Part shown: in pieces, positions 50,879 to 60,020 of the stretch | Position numbering within the stretch: position 1 is the stretch's first letter | How the letters are laid out: every line of letters begins with the position of its first letter | Assembly (NCBI GenBank): GCA_041645555.1 | Contig: JBAZPX010000005.1 | Span: 1-62,422 of the forward strand | From: Patescibacteria group bacterium | GTDB taxonomy: Bacteria > Patescibacteriota > Patescibacteriia > Patescibacteriales > JAQTRU01 | DNA length: 62,422 nucleotides | Direction: 5' to 3' | Program-made: the position numbers and the translations under genes | Notes under the pieces: model-generated | Database searches by the model: none | What the model saw: only the letters and a program-made list of their open reading frames with translations | What the model was told of the DNA's origin: nothing

Positions 50879-52819
50879 ATGAAGATTTTAAGCTTAGGAT
50901 TGGACAATTCACTATTGGACAAAAATTCCCGCTTGTCCGGTCGGGTTATTGATTACGGCGGTTTGGTTGATAAATACACCGTAATTGTTCCTGCCCTGGA
51001 AGATAAGGAAGTAACTTTGTCGGATAAGGTAAGAGTTTACGGCCGGGGAGGCGGCAATAAGATAACAAGATTTTTCAGGGTTTTTAGTCTGGCCAAAAGA
51101 CTATTAAGAAAAGGGGATTATACTCTTATAACTGTCCAGGACCAATATTATTTAGCTTTGATTGCTTGGCGGCTGGCCGCTAAATTTAAAGTCGGTCTGG
51201 AAATTCAAGTGCATGGTTTTGAAAAATTTTCTGGTTTGCGCAAGGCTATAGCTAAATTTGTTATTCCTAAAGCCGATGCCATCAGAACCGTAAGCCAGAG
51301 ATTGTGCAGGCAGCTGGTTGATGATTTTAAAGTGGCTGAAAATAAAATCACAGTTGTGCCAATTTATGGCGAACCCGAATTTTCAATTTTAGACAATAAA
51401 ATGAATAAAAAAAATGGTGAATTTGTGTTTTTGAGTGTAAGCAGGTTAGTAAAAGTTAAAAATATTGGAATGATGATTAAAGCAATAGCAAGCGATAAAT
51501 TTAAAAAAGCGAATATTAAATTAAAAATTGTAGGGGAGGGGAGTGAACGCAAGAAATTAGAGTCAATAAGCAAGAAGTTGGGCGTTGAAGACAGGGTGGA
51601 ATTCATGGGACGAAGATATGATATGGGGGTAATTTATGGGGATGCAGATACATTTTTACTTACATCGAATGCAGAAGGTTGGGGGTTAGTTGTTGTTGAG
51701 GCGGCTAGTTTTGGTTTGCCGATAATTATGACAGACGTGGGATGTGCGGGGGAAGTGATAAAAGATGGGGAATCTGGGATTGTAATCCCGGTAGGCGGAC
51801 AGAAAGAACTGGAAGAGGCTATGCGTAAGATAATAGGGGATAGGGATTTGAGGGAAAAATTAGGCAGTAATGCTAAGAAAGCCTTAGAAAAGTTACCGAG
51901 CAAAGAAGAAACACTAAAGTTGTATAAAGAAAGTTGGGAAAGAGTTGTAAATAATACGAATGTCGCAACAGATAAAGATATATCCTATAAACCTATATAT
52001 AAAACTGTTTTTATTTTTATACTGTTCTCTGCCATATTTTTAATATTATTTTTGGGCGCTAAGAAAATGCAGGAATTAATGATAATTAGCTTGGGCTATG
52101 GTATTCTAATAATTATATTTATATTGTTTGTCGTTTGTTTATTTTTTTTATTACTATACAAAAAATTTCTCCTTACTACGAACGTTATACTTATTATACT
52201 TGCAGTACTAGCCCTATTAATTGCGCCCTTCCTTCATTTTTACTCAGAGTATATAAATAATAAGAGCGCTATAATAAGTTTACAAGATAATAGTATAAAA
52301 AATCACTATTTCGCTATAAATATTATAAATGATCTTAAGAATCTACCAGGAGCAAATGATGGGAGTGGGGCTAAGAGTGTCGATTTTGAAAATACTCTAG
52401 ACAATTCACAATACATTAAATATGAATCGATTATTAATAATAAATGTTTCGCAGTTAAGATGAATTATTTTTCCTTGATAGAGATAATTAATGTTATTAA
52501 TGAAAAAAATAAAAAAATTAGAGACATCGCGTTTCAGGGATTTAATAATAACACATCTTTTATAGCGGAACAGCAACTGGAATTAAGTAATCATGCGGAA
52601 AAAGCATGTGAAAATTTAAGTATAGTAACATTATATAATTATTACAAATTCCCATTTTTATTTAATAATAAATTTTATAACATGGGTGGGATTATAAAGA
52701 TAATTAAGAAAAATTGTGAAATGAACTTTTGTAATTTAAAAAATGAATTTCCCGAGTGCAATATTGATAAAGATAATTTTTTTAAAAAGCTAAAATTAAA
52801 TGAAATTAATAATAAATAA
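50879..52819 (+). CDS. GT4 glycosyltransferase fused to a TM-containing, Asn/Ile/Lys-rich C-terminal extension
   Basis: The GT4 EX7E region is TSNAEGWGLVVVEAASFGLPIIMTDVGCAGEVIKDGESGIVI. After ~aa 360 come several TM helices and a very AT-rich tail (from ~51950). Confidence 0.72.
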   Translation: MKILSLGLDNSLLDKNSRLSGRVIDYGGLVDKYTVIVPALEDKEVTLSDKVRVYGRGGGNKITRFFRVFSLAKRLLRKGDYTLITVQDQYYLALIAWRLAAKFKVGLEIQVHGFEKFSGLRKAIAKFVIPKADAIRTVSQRLCRQLVDDFKVAENKITVVPIYGEPEFSILDNKMNKKNGEFVFLSVSRLVKVKNIGMMIKAIASDKFKKANIKLKIVGEGSERKKLESISKKLGVEDRVEFMGRRYDMGVIYGDADTFLLTSNAEGWGLVVVEAASFGLPIIMTDVGCAGEVIKDGESGIVIPVGGQKELEEAMRKIIGDRDLREKLGSNAKKALEKLPSKEETLKLYKESWERVVNNTNVATDKDISYKPIYKTVFIFILFSAIFLILFLGAKKMQELMIISLGYGILIIIFILFVVCLFFLLLYKKFLLTTNVILIILAVLALLIAPFLHFYSEYINNKSAIISLQDNSIKNHYFAINIINDLKNLPGANDGSGAKSVDFENTLDNSQYIKYESIINNKCFAVKMNYFSLIEIINVINEKNKKIRDIAFQGFNNNTSFIAEQQLELSNHAEKACENLSIVTLYNYYKFPFLFNNKFYNMGGIIKIIKKNCEMNFCNLKNEFPECNIDKDNFFKKLKLNEINNK

Positions 52820-53222
52820 AAATCAAATCGATACAGCGCCGGAGCAATTCCTGCGAAAAGCCGGCTATGCTTATATAAGGGATAGGCGTAGCGGCCAGGA
52901 AAGCTACTCTCGGCGGATGGGCGGCGGTTTTTATCCGCGTTTTCATATTTATTTTAATGAGGACAACGGTAAAATTATATTTAATTTACATCTTGACCAA
53001 AAACAAGCAAGTTATGCCGGTGCGCATATGCATAATGCCGAATACGAGGGAGAGACTGTGGCGGCGGAAATTGCCAGATTAAAAAGTTTATTAGGCAGCC
53101 GTCAAGATATCCGCGCGAATGTGTTTGGGAGTAGCGATCCATTAGACAGAATGGTGCGCGGAGAGTATGATAAGGAGGCTAAACCAGAACCCCGAAAGCC
53201 TTGGTGGCGCCGCATTTTTTAA
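52800..53222 (+). CDS. Hypothetical protein (140 aa)
   Basis: ORF with normal local composition. It overlaps the previous gene by 20 nt. I did not recognise any motif with confidence. Confidence 0.45.
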   Translation: MKLIINKNQIDTAPEQFLRKAGYAYIRDRRSGQESYSRRMGGGFYPRFHIYFNEDNGKIIFNLHLDQKQASYAGAHMHNAEYEGETVAAEIARLKSLLGSRQDIRANVFGSSDPLDRMVRGEYDKEAKPEPRKPWWRRIF

Positions 53223-53232
53223 TGTTTTACCC

Positions 53233-53267
53233 TTAAATCTAAAATCTGAAATCTTAAATCTAAAATA
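53233..53267 (+). repeat. Heptanucleotide tandem array (TNAAATC x5) upstream of dnaG
   Basis: ttaaatc taaaatc tgaaatc ttaaatc taaaata. Confidence 0.9.
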
Positions 53268-53271
53268 AAAA

Positions 53272-55206
53272 ATGGATCAAGTAGAGGAAATAAAATCACG
53301 GCTGGACATAGTGGAAATAATCCGCGAATATATCCCCTTAAAGCCGGCCGGAATAAATTTTCGGGCGCTTTGCCCTTTCCACCGGGAGAAATCCCCGTCT
53401 TTTATAGTTTCTTCGGAAAAACAAATCTGGCATTGTTTCGGCTGCGGCCGGGGCGGCGATGTTTTTTCTTTTTTAATGGAAATTGAAGGCTTGGGCTTTG
53501 CCGAGGTTTTGCGCAATTTAGCCCCCAGGGCCGGCGTAACTTTAAAAAGGCAGGATCCGAAACTAACTTCGCAGCGCAACCGGCTTTTAGATATTATGGA
53601 AGCGACGGTTAATTATTACCATAAAGCCTTGGAAAGGGAGGAGGCTAAAAGTGTAAGACAGTATTTAGCCGGCCGCGGTTTGCGGGACGAAACTATTGGA
53701 TCCTGGCAGATTGGTTATAGCCCTGACTCCTGGGATGATTTAATAAACTTGCTTAGAGGGAAAGGTTATAGCGAAAATGAAATATTTTTAGCAGGACTTA
53801 GCACGAAAAAAGACAATAGCGCCAGATTTTATAACCGGTTCCGCGACCGGATTATGTTTCCTATTTTTGATGCCAGTGGCGCGGCCGTAGCTTTTTCAGC
53901 TCGGGTCAGGTCGGAGAAAGAGGGAGAGGAAAAAATGGGAAAATATATAAACAGCCCGGCCACTATGATTTATGACAAAAGCCGAATTTTGTTCGGCCTG
54001 GATAAGGCTAAAATGGCTATTAAAAATGAAGATTTGGCCATAATCGTTGAGGGCCAGATGGATATTATTACCGCTCACCAGAACAATTTTAAGAATGTCG
54101 TGGCCTCCTCGGGCACGGCCTTGACTGGCGAACAGATAAAATTATTAAAACGTTATACCAATAATATCGCTTTAGGGTTTGACATGGATCAGGCCGGGCA
54201 GATGGCATCCGACCGGGGTATAAGGGAAGCGTTGGCGGCCGAGATGAATATAAAAGTAATTATTATCCCTTCCGGCAAGGATCCGGATGAATGCATAAGA
54301 AATAATCCGGAAAATTGGGCAGCGGCTGTAAAAGAGGCCAAGCCGATAATGCAATATTATTTTGATAAGATATTTTTTGGCCTCAATCTTGAGGAAGTGG
54401 GGGATAAGCGCCGGGCCGCCAAGGAAATATTGCCGATTTTATTTAAATTAGGCAGTAGAATTGAGCAGGATTTTTGGCTTAAAAAATTGGCGGAAAAGAT
54501 TGAGGTAGAGGAGAATATATTGCGCGAGACTCTTATGAATATGGCAAAAAAAGAGTCTCGGCGGCCAGCCGAGCTTGAGCCGGAAAATAAGCCAGGAGAC
54601 CAAAAATCTCGGCCAGGCCGGGAGGAGATGCTTTCCGAACTGATGCTTGTCTTGGGGATAAGGTTTCCCGGCTTGCTAGCTTATATAGTAGATCGTATCC
54701 AGCCGGACCAAGTCGTTGGTTCCGCTAACAAGTTATTTTACAAGGATTTAATAATCTATTATAATAGTACTATTGGCAGCGAAAATGAAGCGGAGGAGGC
54801 GAGGATTTTTTCAAGAATTAACTACGATGACCTGAAAAAATGGCTTGAAGAAAATTCTTCCCCGCTTTTTTCGCCGGATTCGCCAGCTGCCCGCCTGCCG
54901 GCCCGCTTCGCCGAAGCATCAGCGAGGCGAGCGAGGCAGGGCGGAGAAGGCAATACCCAGCTTAAATTATTAGACCGGCTGGTTCTTTTGGGCGATAAAG
55001 ATTTTTATGACATAGATGAAGAGAAAGCCAAAGGAGAAATAATAAAGATAATTATGGCTTTAAAAAGGTGTTACTTAACCCGCCGCATGAAGGAGATAGA
55101 AAAAACGATTGCCCATTGCGAGGGAGAGGGAGAGGGGAAGAAGGCAGGGGAACTTATGGAAGAATTAAAGATATTGTCTGATGAGATGAGAGAGGTTGGA
55201 GAGTAA
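53272..55206 (+). CDS. dnaG: DNA primase
   Basis: CHC2 zinc finger [11 protein letters not shown]...[21 protein letters not shown] region ([13 protein letters not shown] ... GFDMDQAG). Confidence 0.93.
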   Translation: MDQVEEIKSRLDIVEIIREYIPLKPAGINFRALCPFHREKSPSFIVSSEKQIWHCFGCGRGGDVFSFLMEIEGLGFAEVLRNLAPRAGVTLKRQDPKLTSQRNRLLDIMEATVNYYHKALEREEAKSVRQYLAGRGLRDETIGSWQIGYSPDSWDDLINLLRGKGYSENEIFLAGLSTKKDNSARFYNRFRDRIMFPIFDASGAAVAFSARVRSEKEGEEKMGKYINSPATMIYDKSRILFGLDKAKMAIKNEDLAIIVEGQMDIITAHQNNFKNVVASSGTALTGEQIKLLKRYTNNIALGFDMDQAGQMASDRGIREALAAEMNIKVIIIPSGKDPDECIRNNPENWAAAVKEAKPIMQYYFDKIFFGLNLEEVGDKRRAAKEILPILFKLGSRIEQDFWLKKLAEKIEVEENILRETLMNMAKKESRRPAELEPENKPGDQKSRPGREEMLSELMLVLGIRFPGLLAYIVDRIQPDQVVGSANKLFYKDLIIYYNSTIGSENEAEEARIFSRINYDDLKKWLEENSSPLFSPDSPAARLPARFAEASARRARQGGEGNTQLKLLDRLVLLGDKDFYDIDEEKAKGEIIKIIMALKRCYLTRRMKEIEKTIAHCEGEGEGKKAGELMEELKILSDEMREVGE

Positions 55207-55238
55207 ATTATATAAAATTTACAAATTATAAATCAAAT

Positions 55239-56567
55239 ATGTCTAATAAAAGGAGAAAAATGAAAAATAAAAAGAAGGCAATTGGTTTTAAAAAAATAAA
55301 AAAAGCAAGCCGTGGGCAGCCGAAAAAGAAAGCGGGCGGAAAGAGGCGAACTGGCTGGGCGGAAAGAAAGGGAAGTTCTGGCGGCAAAAGGTATGCGGCG
55401 AAACAAAAAAGAAAGGGAAAAATTTTAGGAAAGAAAAAGGCCGAGCCGGTGAAAACAGAAAGACCGGCAGAAGAAGGCATGGAAAATTTAATCAGGAAAG
55501 GGAAGATGCGCGGTTTTGTTACGGAAACGGAATTGCTCCATTTGTTCCCGGAAGTGGAAGAATATATTTTTGATTATGAAGTTTTTTTAAGCCGGTTGCA
55601 GGAAAGTGGCGTGCAGATATTTGAAGATACGGGGAAAATTTTAGATTTTGAGGATAAGAGAGGGGAGAAAGCGGGAGATAAAAAATCGGCTTCAAAAAGG
55701 GCTCTGGCCGACAGCGCTAAGAATGTTGATTTGCTGAAATTAAATTCCGATTCTATCCAGATGTATTTAAAAGAAATCGGACGGGTCCCTTTGCTTAATG
55801 GGGAAGAGGAAATTGAGCTGGCCAAGAGGAAGGAAAAAGGCGATAAAGAAGCGGAGAAAAAAATAATAGAAGCCAATTTGCGCTTAGTTGTTTCTATCGC
55901 CAAAAAATTCGTCGGCGCCAAGGGCTTAAGTTTATTAGATTTAATCCAGGAAGGCAATATCGGCCTCTTTCGCGCTGTGGAAAAATTTGAATACCGCAAA
56001 GGGTATAAGTTTTCCACTTATGCCACCTGGTGGATTAGGCAGGCGATTACCCGCGCTTTGGCCGACCAGTCGCGCACTATCCGCATTCCGGTCCATATGG
56101 TGGAAACCATCAATAAATTTACGCAGGTGGAACGGCGCTTAATCCAGGATTTGGGCCGTGAGCCTATGCCGGAAGAAATCGCCTCCGAGATGGGCGAAGA
56201 TATTGATAAAGTAAGGCATATTATAAAGATTTCCCAGGATACAATTTCCCTGGAAACGACCGTAGGCGAAGACGAGGAAGATTCTACCTTAGAAGACTTT
56301 ATTGAGGACGTGAAAAATGTTGCCCCGGATCGGGCTGCCGCCTTGCAGTTATTAAAGGATTATGTCAAAGAAGTCGTAGCGACTTTATCTCCCCGCGAGC
56401 AAAAAATCCTGGAAATGCGCTTCGGCCTAATTGACGGAGTCGCCCATACCTTAGAAGAAGTCGGGCAGGAGTTTGAAGTTACCCGCGAGCGCATCCGCCA
56501 AATTGAAGCCAAAGCTTTAGAGCGCATCAGAAAGCACGACGGATTGCAAAAGCTCCGTGATTTCTAA
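55239..56567 (+). CDS. rpoD: Primary RNA polymerase sigma factor with a highly basic N-terminal extension
   Basis: Region 2 ([15 protein letters not shown]...[39 protein letters not shown]), region 3 and region 4 ([24 protein letters not shown]). Confidence 0.93.
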   Translation: MSNKRRKMKNKKKAIGFKKIKKASRGQPKKKAGGKRRTGWAERKGSSGGKRYAAKQKRKGKILGKKKAEPVKTERPAEEGMENLIRKGKMRGFVTETELLHLFPEVEEYIFDYEVFLSRLQESGVQIFEDTGKILDFEDKRGEKAGDKKSASKRALADSAKNVDLLKLNSDSIQMYLKEIGRVPLLNGEEEIELAKRKEKGDKEAEKKIIEANLRLVVSIAKKFVGAKGLSLLDLIQEGNIGLFRAVEKFEYRKGYKFSTYATWWIRQAITRALADQSRTIRIPVHMVETINKFTQVERRLIQDLGREPMPEEIASEMGEDIDKVRHIIKISQDTISLETTVGEDEEDSTLEDFIEDVKNVAPDRAAALQLLKDYVKEVVATLSPREQKILEMRFGLIDGVAHTLEEVGQEFEVTRERIRQIEAKALERIRKHDGLQKLRDF

Positions 56568-56600
56568 GAATTATGATTTAAGATTTAAGAATTAAGAATC
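56566..56600 (+). repeat. Heptanucleotide tandem array (AAGAWTT x5) right after rpoD
   Basis: aagaatt atgattt aagattt aagaatt aagaatc. This is the reverse-complement family of 56657-56691. Confidence 0.9.
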
Positions 56601-56610
56601 CTATAAAATC

Positions 56611-56638
56611 TTGACATTCCGAGAGAATTTATTATAAT
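56611..56638 (+). promoter_or_regulatory. Sigma70-like promoter upstream of the tRNA-Asn region
   Basis: TTGACA (56611-56616), 16-nt spacer, TATAAT (56633-56638). Confidence 0.55.
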
Positions 56639-56656
56639 AAAATAACAAAAAATTCG

Positions 56657-56691
56657 TCAATCTTAAATCTAAAATCTTAAATCTAAAATCA
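56657..56691 (+). repeat. Heptanucleotide tandem array (WAAATCT x5)
   Basis: tcaatct taaatct aaaatct taaatct aaaatca. Confidence 0.9.
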
Positions 56692-56696
56692 AAATA

Positions 56697-56896
56697 TTCC
56701 CGGGTAGCGCCCGACTTCACTTCGTTTCGGCGAGGCAGGCAGCGGTAGCTATTCGGAAATAATTTGGAAATTCGTAAATTAGTAAATTTATTAACATTCC
56801 CGGGTAGCGCCCGCCTTCACTTCGTTTCGGCGAGGCAGGCAGCGGTAGCTATTCGGAAATAATTTGGAAATTCGTAAATTAGTAAATTTATTAACA
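56697..56896 (+). repeat. Two 100-nt tandem repeats, each holding a split 5' fragment of tRNA-Asn plus leader
   Basis: 56697-56796 and 56797-56896 differ at one base (A56714 / C56814). Each unit is T + tRNA nt 1-13 + a 30-nt GC-rich insert + tRNA nt 14-22 + a 47-nt AT-rich tail. Confidence 0.95.
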
Positions 56897-56897
56897 T

Positions 56898-56972
56898 TCC
56901 CGGGTAGCGCAGCGGTAGCGCAGTTGGCTGTTAACCAATTGGTCGTCGGTTCGAATCCGACCCCGGGAGCCA
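56898..56972 (+). tRNA. trnN: tRNA-Asn (anticodon GTT), CCA end encoded
   Basis: Manual cloverleaf: acceptor TCCCGGG/CCCGGGA, D-arm GCGC-AGCGGTA-GCGC, anticodon stem GTTGG/CCAAT with loop CTGTTAA, T-arm GTCGG-TTCGAAT-CCGAC, discriminator G, then CCA. Confidence 0.92.
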
Positions 56973-57286
56973 GATAGGATGAGCCTTTATTAAAAGGGCT
57001 AAATTCCACTCAAATTCAGCTAAAAATCCAAACTTTTTGCCTTGCAAAATAAAGTTCAAGCCGATATTTTTACAGGTTCTTTGGCAGTTTTTTAAAGTCG
57101 GGCTTCGCCCGCGGGGAAATTATTGCTTTTAAAAGCTTTTTATAAAATAGTTTAAAACCTTTTTTTAAATTCCGTTCTAACTTTTTTATAAAATCCGAGC
57201 CAAGTCGGAAAAGCGCTTGTCCGCCAAAGGCAGGCGTTTTTTATAGGCATTTACTTTTGATTTTGGATAAAGTATAATTATGTTGT

Positions 57287-57568
57287 ATGAGTAAAAAGTT
57301 ATTAACAATCGTTTTAGCCGTATTAATTCTCGGCCTGGCTGGCGGAGGTTATTTGTGGCGGGCTAATAAAAAGCCGGCGCCTTCGGCAGGTGAAAAAGTG
57401 GTCGCGACTATCCAGGATACGGCGGCGTCTATAAACGAAAGCGCGGCCGGAGGCGTTTTGCCGGACATAAGTACGGCCATGGTTAATCCGATGGAGGACG
57501 TTCCTGACGTTAACCCCTACAGAAATACCAATCCCTTTTTAAATATAAAAATCAATCCTTTTAAATAA
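57287..57568 (+). CDS. Small membrane-anchored/secreted protein
   Basis: N-terminal hydrophobic helix (LLTIVLAVLILGLAGGGYLW) and a short soluble tail. Confidence 0.5.
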   Translation: MSKKLLTIVLAVLILGLAGGGYLWRANKKPAPSAGEKVVATIQDTAASINESAAGGVLPDISTAMVNPMEDVPDVNPYRNTNPFLNIKINPFK

Positions 57569-57621
57569 ATCCCCCTTACCCCCTTTGTCAGGGGGGGGCA
57601 GTTGTATGAAATATAAAAATA

Positions 57622-59619
57622 ATGAAAACTTCTAAAGGGATAAAAATTTTCATATTAATTTCAGCCATAGCGGTTTTTGGCATGGTTGCTAAGGCCCAGG
57701 AGCAAACCGATGGCCAGAATTTGTTGGCGAACATCCAATTTCCCATAGCCGAATTAGATAATTGCCAGAGCCGGGAAGACTGTGAAGTTTATTGCGATAA
57801 AACGGAAAACACGGATGCCTGCCTGTTTTTTGCCGAAACCAAAAATTTAATGACAGGGGAAGAACTGGCCGCGGCCAAAAAATTTAAAGAGATGGGGATG
57901 AAAGGGCCTGGCGGTTGCGAGGGCAAAGACGAATGTGAAAAATATTGCGACAATAATGATAATATGGAAGCCTGTCTTAGTTTTGCCGAAGAGAAAGGGT
58001 TAATGTCAGGCGAAAATTTGCAGGAAGCGAAAAAAGTTTTAACGACTGTCAAAAGCGGGGCAAAACCGCTGGGCTGTAATGGCCGGCGGGAATGCGATGA
58101 TTATTGCGCGTCGGCCGAGCATATGGAAGAATGCCTGAATTTTGGTTCTGAAGCCGGAATACTGCCGGCCCAAGAGCAAGAGAATGCGCGAAAAGTTTTG
58201 ACGGCTATAAAAAACGGCGCTGTCCGACCGGCGTGCCGCGGCCAGGAGTGTGAAGTTTATTGCGCTGAGGGTTCAAAGCATGCGGAAGAATGCGGAAGTT
58301 TTGCGGTGGCGGCTGGAATTTTGTCGCCAGGAAAAATGAGGCAAGTTCAAAAAATACTTACGGCCATACAGGAGGGGACTACTTTACCCAGCTGCAGCAA
58401 CGAAGAGGAATGCCGAGATTACTGCTCGCAGGATATCCATTTTGAAGAATGTATTAAATTTGCCGAGGCCACGGAAATAATAACGCCGGAGGAAGCAACA
58501 AAGGCGAGAAAGACCGGAGGCGAAGGGCCGGGCAACTGCAAGACCAAGGAAGAATGCAATACTTTTTGCGATAATTCGGATAATTCCGAAGCCTGCTTTA
58601 ATTTTGCTAAAGATAATGGTCTCATTTCCGAAGATGACCAAAAGAAAATACAAAATAGCCAGCAGCAGATAAAGGAAACTTTTAATAATCTGCCGGAGGA
58701 GGCGCTTACCTGCCTGACTTCTTCTTTGGGCGTGGACATGATTGAGAAATTAAAAAGCGGAAACGCTATGCCCGGGAAAAAAATGGCCGAAAAAATGGAA
58801 GTTTGTTTAGGCAAGCCGGGGGAGAAGCCTTTTCCGCCTGAAGGGCCAGAGCAGCCGGCTCAGCCCGGGCAAACTGGGAAGAACAAAGGCGGCGGCCAGC
58901 AGCCAGAGCAGTCGGGAGAGCAAGGGGAGCAACCAACTAAACCTGGAAAACCGGCCGATGCTGTTAATCCGACTAAGTGCGTTGAAGATTGTGAGTATGT
59001 CGGAAAGACTTGTTTGGGTCAAGCGGGCGATGAGGGCAAGGTTTGCGCTTCAGAAGGGCAATATTGCAGAACAGTAACCTGCGAGACTTTTGGTGCCGGA
59101 GGTACTCGTCCTACGACGCAGGAAGAATGGAATCGGTGTGCTTCTTATTGCAGAACGATAGAGGATAATTGTTATGCCGAGATTTCTCCAACAGATGGTG
59201 AATGTAGAACCACAAAGGATGTTTGCGTTATGAATTGTCAAAAGGCATCAAAACCTTCTAAACCAAATCCGCCGTCTCAATCTACTCAGCCAACTCAACC
59301 GGGTCAACAACCCAGTCCACCCACTCCGCCTAGTCAACCTGGACAGCCTGGGCAACAACAACCCAGTCAACCTAGCCAACCCACTCCGCCTGCTGTGGGT
59401 AATTGTGGAGATGGAAAATGCGGGCGCGTGGAACAGGCGGATCCGACCTTATGTCCGCAGGATTGCGGAGGATCCAGTGAGTCCAGTCAACCCGGGCAAG
59501 GCGACCAGCCAACTCCACCCAGTCCGCCGAGTCCGCCAAGTGGTCCTGGGGGTGGAGGCCAACAACCCACTCCGCCTAGTCCTCCCACTCCGCCTAGTCC
59601 GCCGACCCAGTCCAATTAA
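57622..59619 (+). CDS. Secreted Cys-rich repeat protein (six C-x5-C-x3-C-x8-C modules) with Pro/Gln-rich tail
   Basis: Signal peptide (...MVAKA/QE). It has six ~50-aa repeats such as CEGKDECEKYCDNNDNMEACLSFAEEKGLMSGENLQEAKKVL. The C-terminal part has more Cys plus QPGQ / PTPPSPP low-complexity sequence. Confidence 0.7.
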   Translation: MKTSKGIKIFILISAIAVFGMVAKAQEQTDGQNLLANIQFPIAELDNCQSREDCEVYCDKTENTDACLFFAETKNLMTGEELAAAKKFKEMGMKGPGGCEGKDECEKYCDNNDNMEACLSFAEEKGLMSGENLQEAKKVLTTVKSGAKPLGCNGRRECDDYCASAEHMEECLNFGSEAGILPAQEQENARKVLTAIKNGAVRPACRGQECEVYCAEGSKHAEECGSFAVAAGILSPGKMRQVQKILTAIQEGTTLPSCSNEEECRDYCSQDIHFEECIKFAEATEIITPEEATKARKTGGEGPGNCKTKEECNTFCDNSDNSEACFNFAKDNGLISEDDQKKIQNSQQQIKETFNNLPEEALTCLTSSLGVDMIEKLKSGNAMPGKKMAEKMEVCLGKPGEKPFPPEGPEQPAQPGQTGKNKGGGQQPEQSGEQGEQPTKPGKPADAVNPTKCVEDCEYVGKTCLGQAGDEGKVCASEGQYCRTVTCETFGAGGTRPTTQEEWNRCASYCRTIEDNCYAEISPTDGECRTTKDVCVMNCQKASKPSKPNPPSQSTQPTQPGQQPSPPTPPSQPGQPGQQQPSQPSQPTPPAVGNCGDGKCGRVEQADPTLCPQDCGGSSESSQPGQGDQPTPPSPPSPPSGPGGGGQQPTPPSPPTPPSPPTQSN

Positions 59620-59645
59620 ACAAGATAGCTGATAAAATAAATAAA

Positions 59646-59690
59646 AATCATCCCACAATTCTGCGGGATGATTTTTATTTTTTGCTTTTG
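59646..59690 (+). terminator. Intrinsic terminator after the Cys-rich protein gene
   Basis: AATCATCCC (59646-59654) / GGGATGATT (59665-59673), then TTTTATTTTTT. Confidence 0.8.
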
Positions 59691-59763
59691 GAGTTAAATG
59701 GCTTGCTTTTATTTCAATAACGCGTTAAGATGAATTTACATTATTAATAAATAAAATATTCAT

Positions 59764-59898
59764 ATGGCAAAAAGAAGCACCGGGGTAGGGAAGAGGAGAA
59801 AAACGCATTCCCATAAAACCAAGAAGCGGCTGGAAATAAAGCGGCTTATGCTTGAAAAAAAGGTTAACAGAAAAACCTCAAATAAAGTTCATAGCTAA
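59764..59898 (+). CDS. Small highly basic protein (44 aa), unassigned
   Basis: This ORF is below the 60-aa cutoff of the track. My own translation is MAKRSTGVGKRRKTHSHKTKKRLEIKRLMLEKKVNRKTSNKVHS. A strong terminator follows it. It does not match L33/L34/L36 patterns that I know. Confidence 0.4.
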   Translation: MAKRSTGVGKRRKTHSHKTKKRLEIKRLMLEKKVNRKTSNKVHS

Positions 59899-59920
59899 AT
59901 TTAGGTTTGTTGCTTTAATA

Positions 59921-59957
59921 AAAACCCTGCCTTTCGCGAAAGGCAGGGTTTTTATTT
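59921..59957 (+). terminator. Intrinsic terminator
   Basis: ACCCTGCCTTTCG / CGAAAGGCAGGGT (13-bp palindromic stem), then TTTTTATTTT. Confidence 0.85.
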
Positions 59958-60020
59958 TATAATCATCTTTATTTATGTTATAATAGTATAAGAAATAAGT
60001 TAATTTTTATTGTTTTTAAT

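Noticed and set aside
56791-57009. 72-aa minus-strand ORF in the track.
   Set aside because: It lies antisense across tRNA-Asn and the tandem tRNA-fragment repeats, and its sequence merely reflects them.
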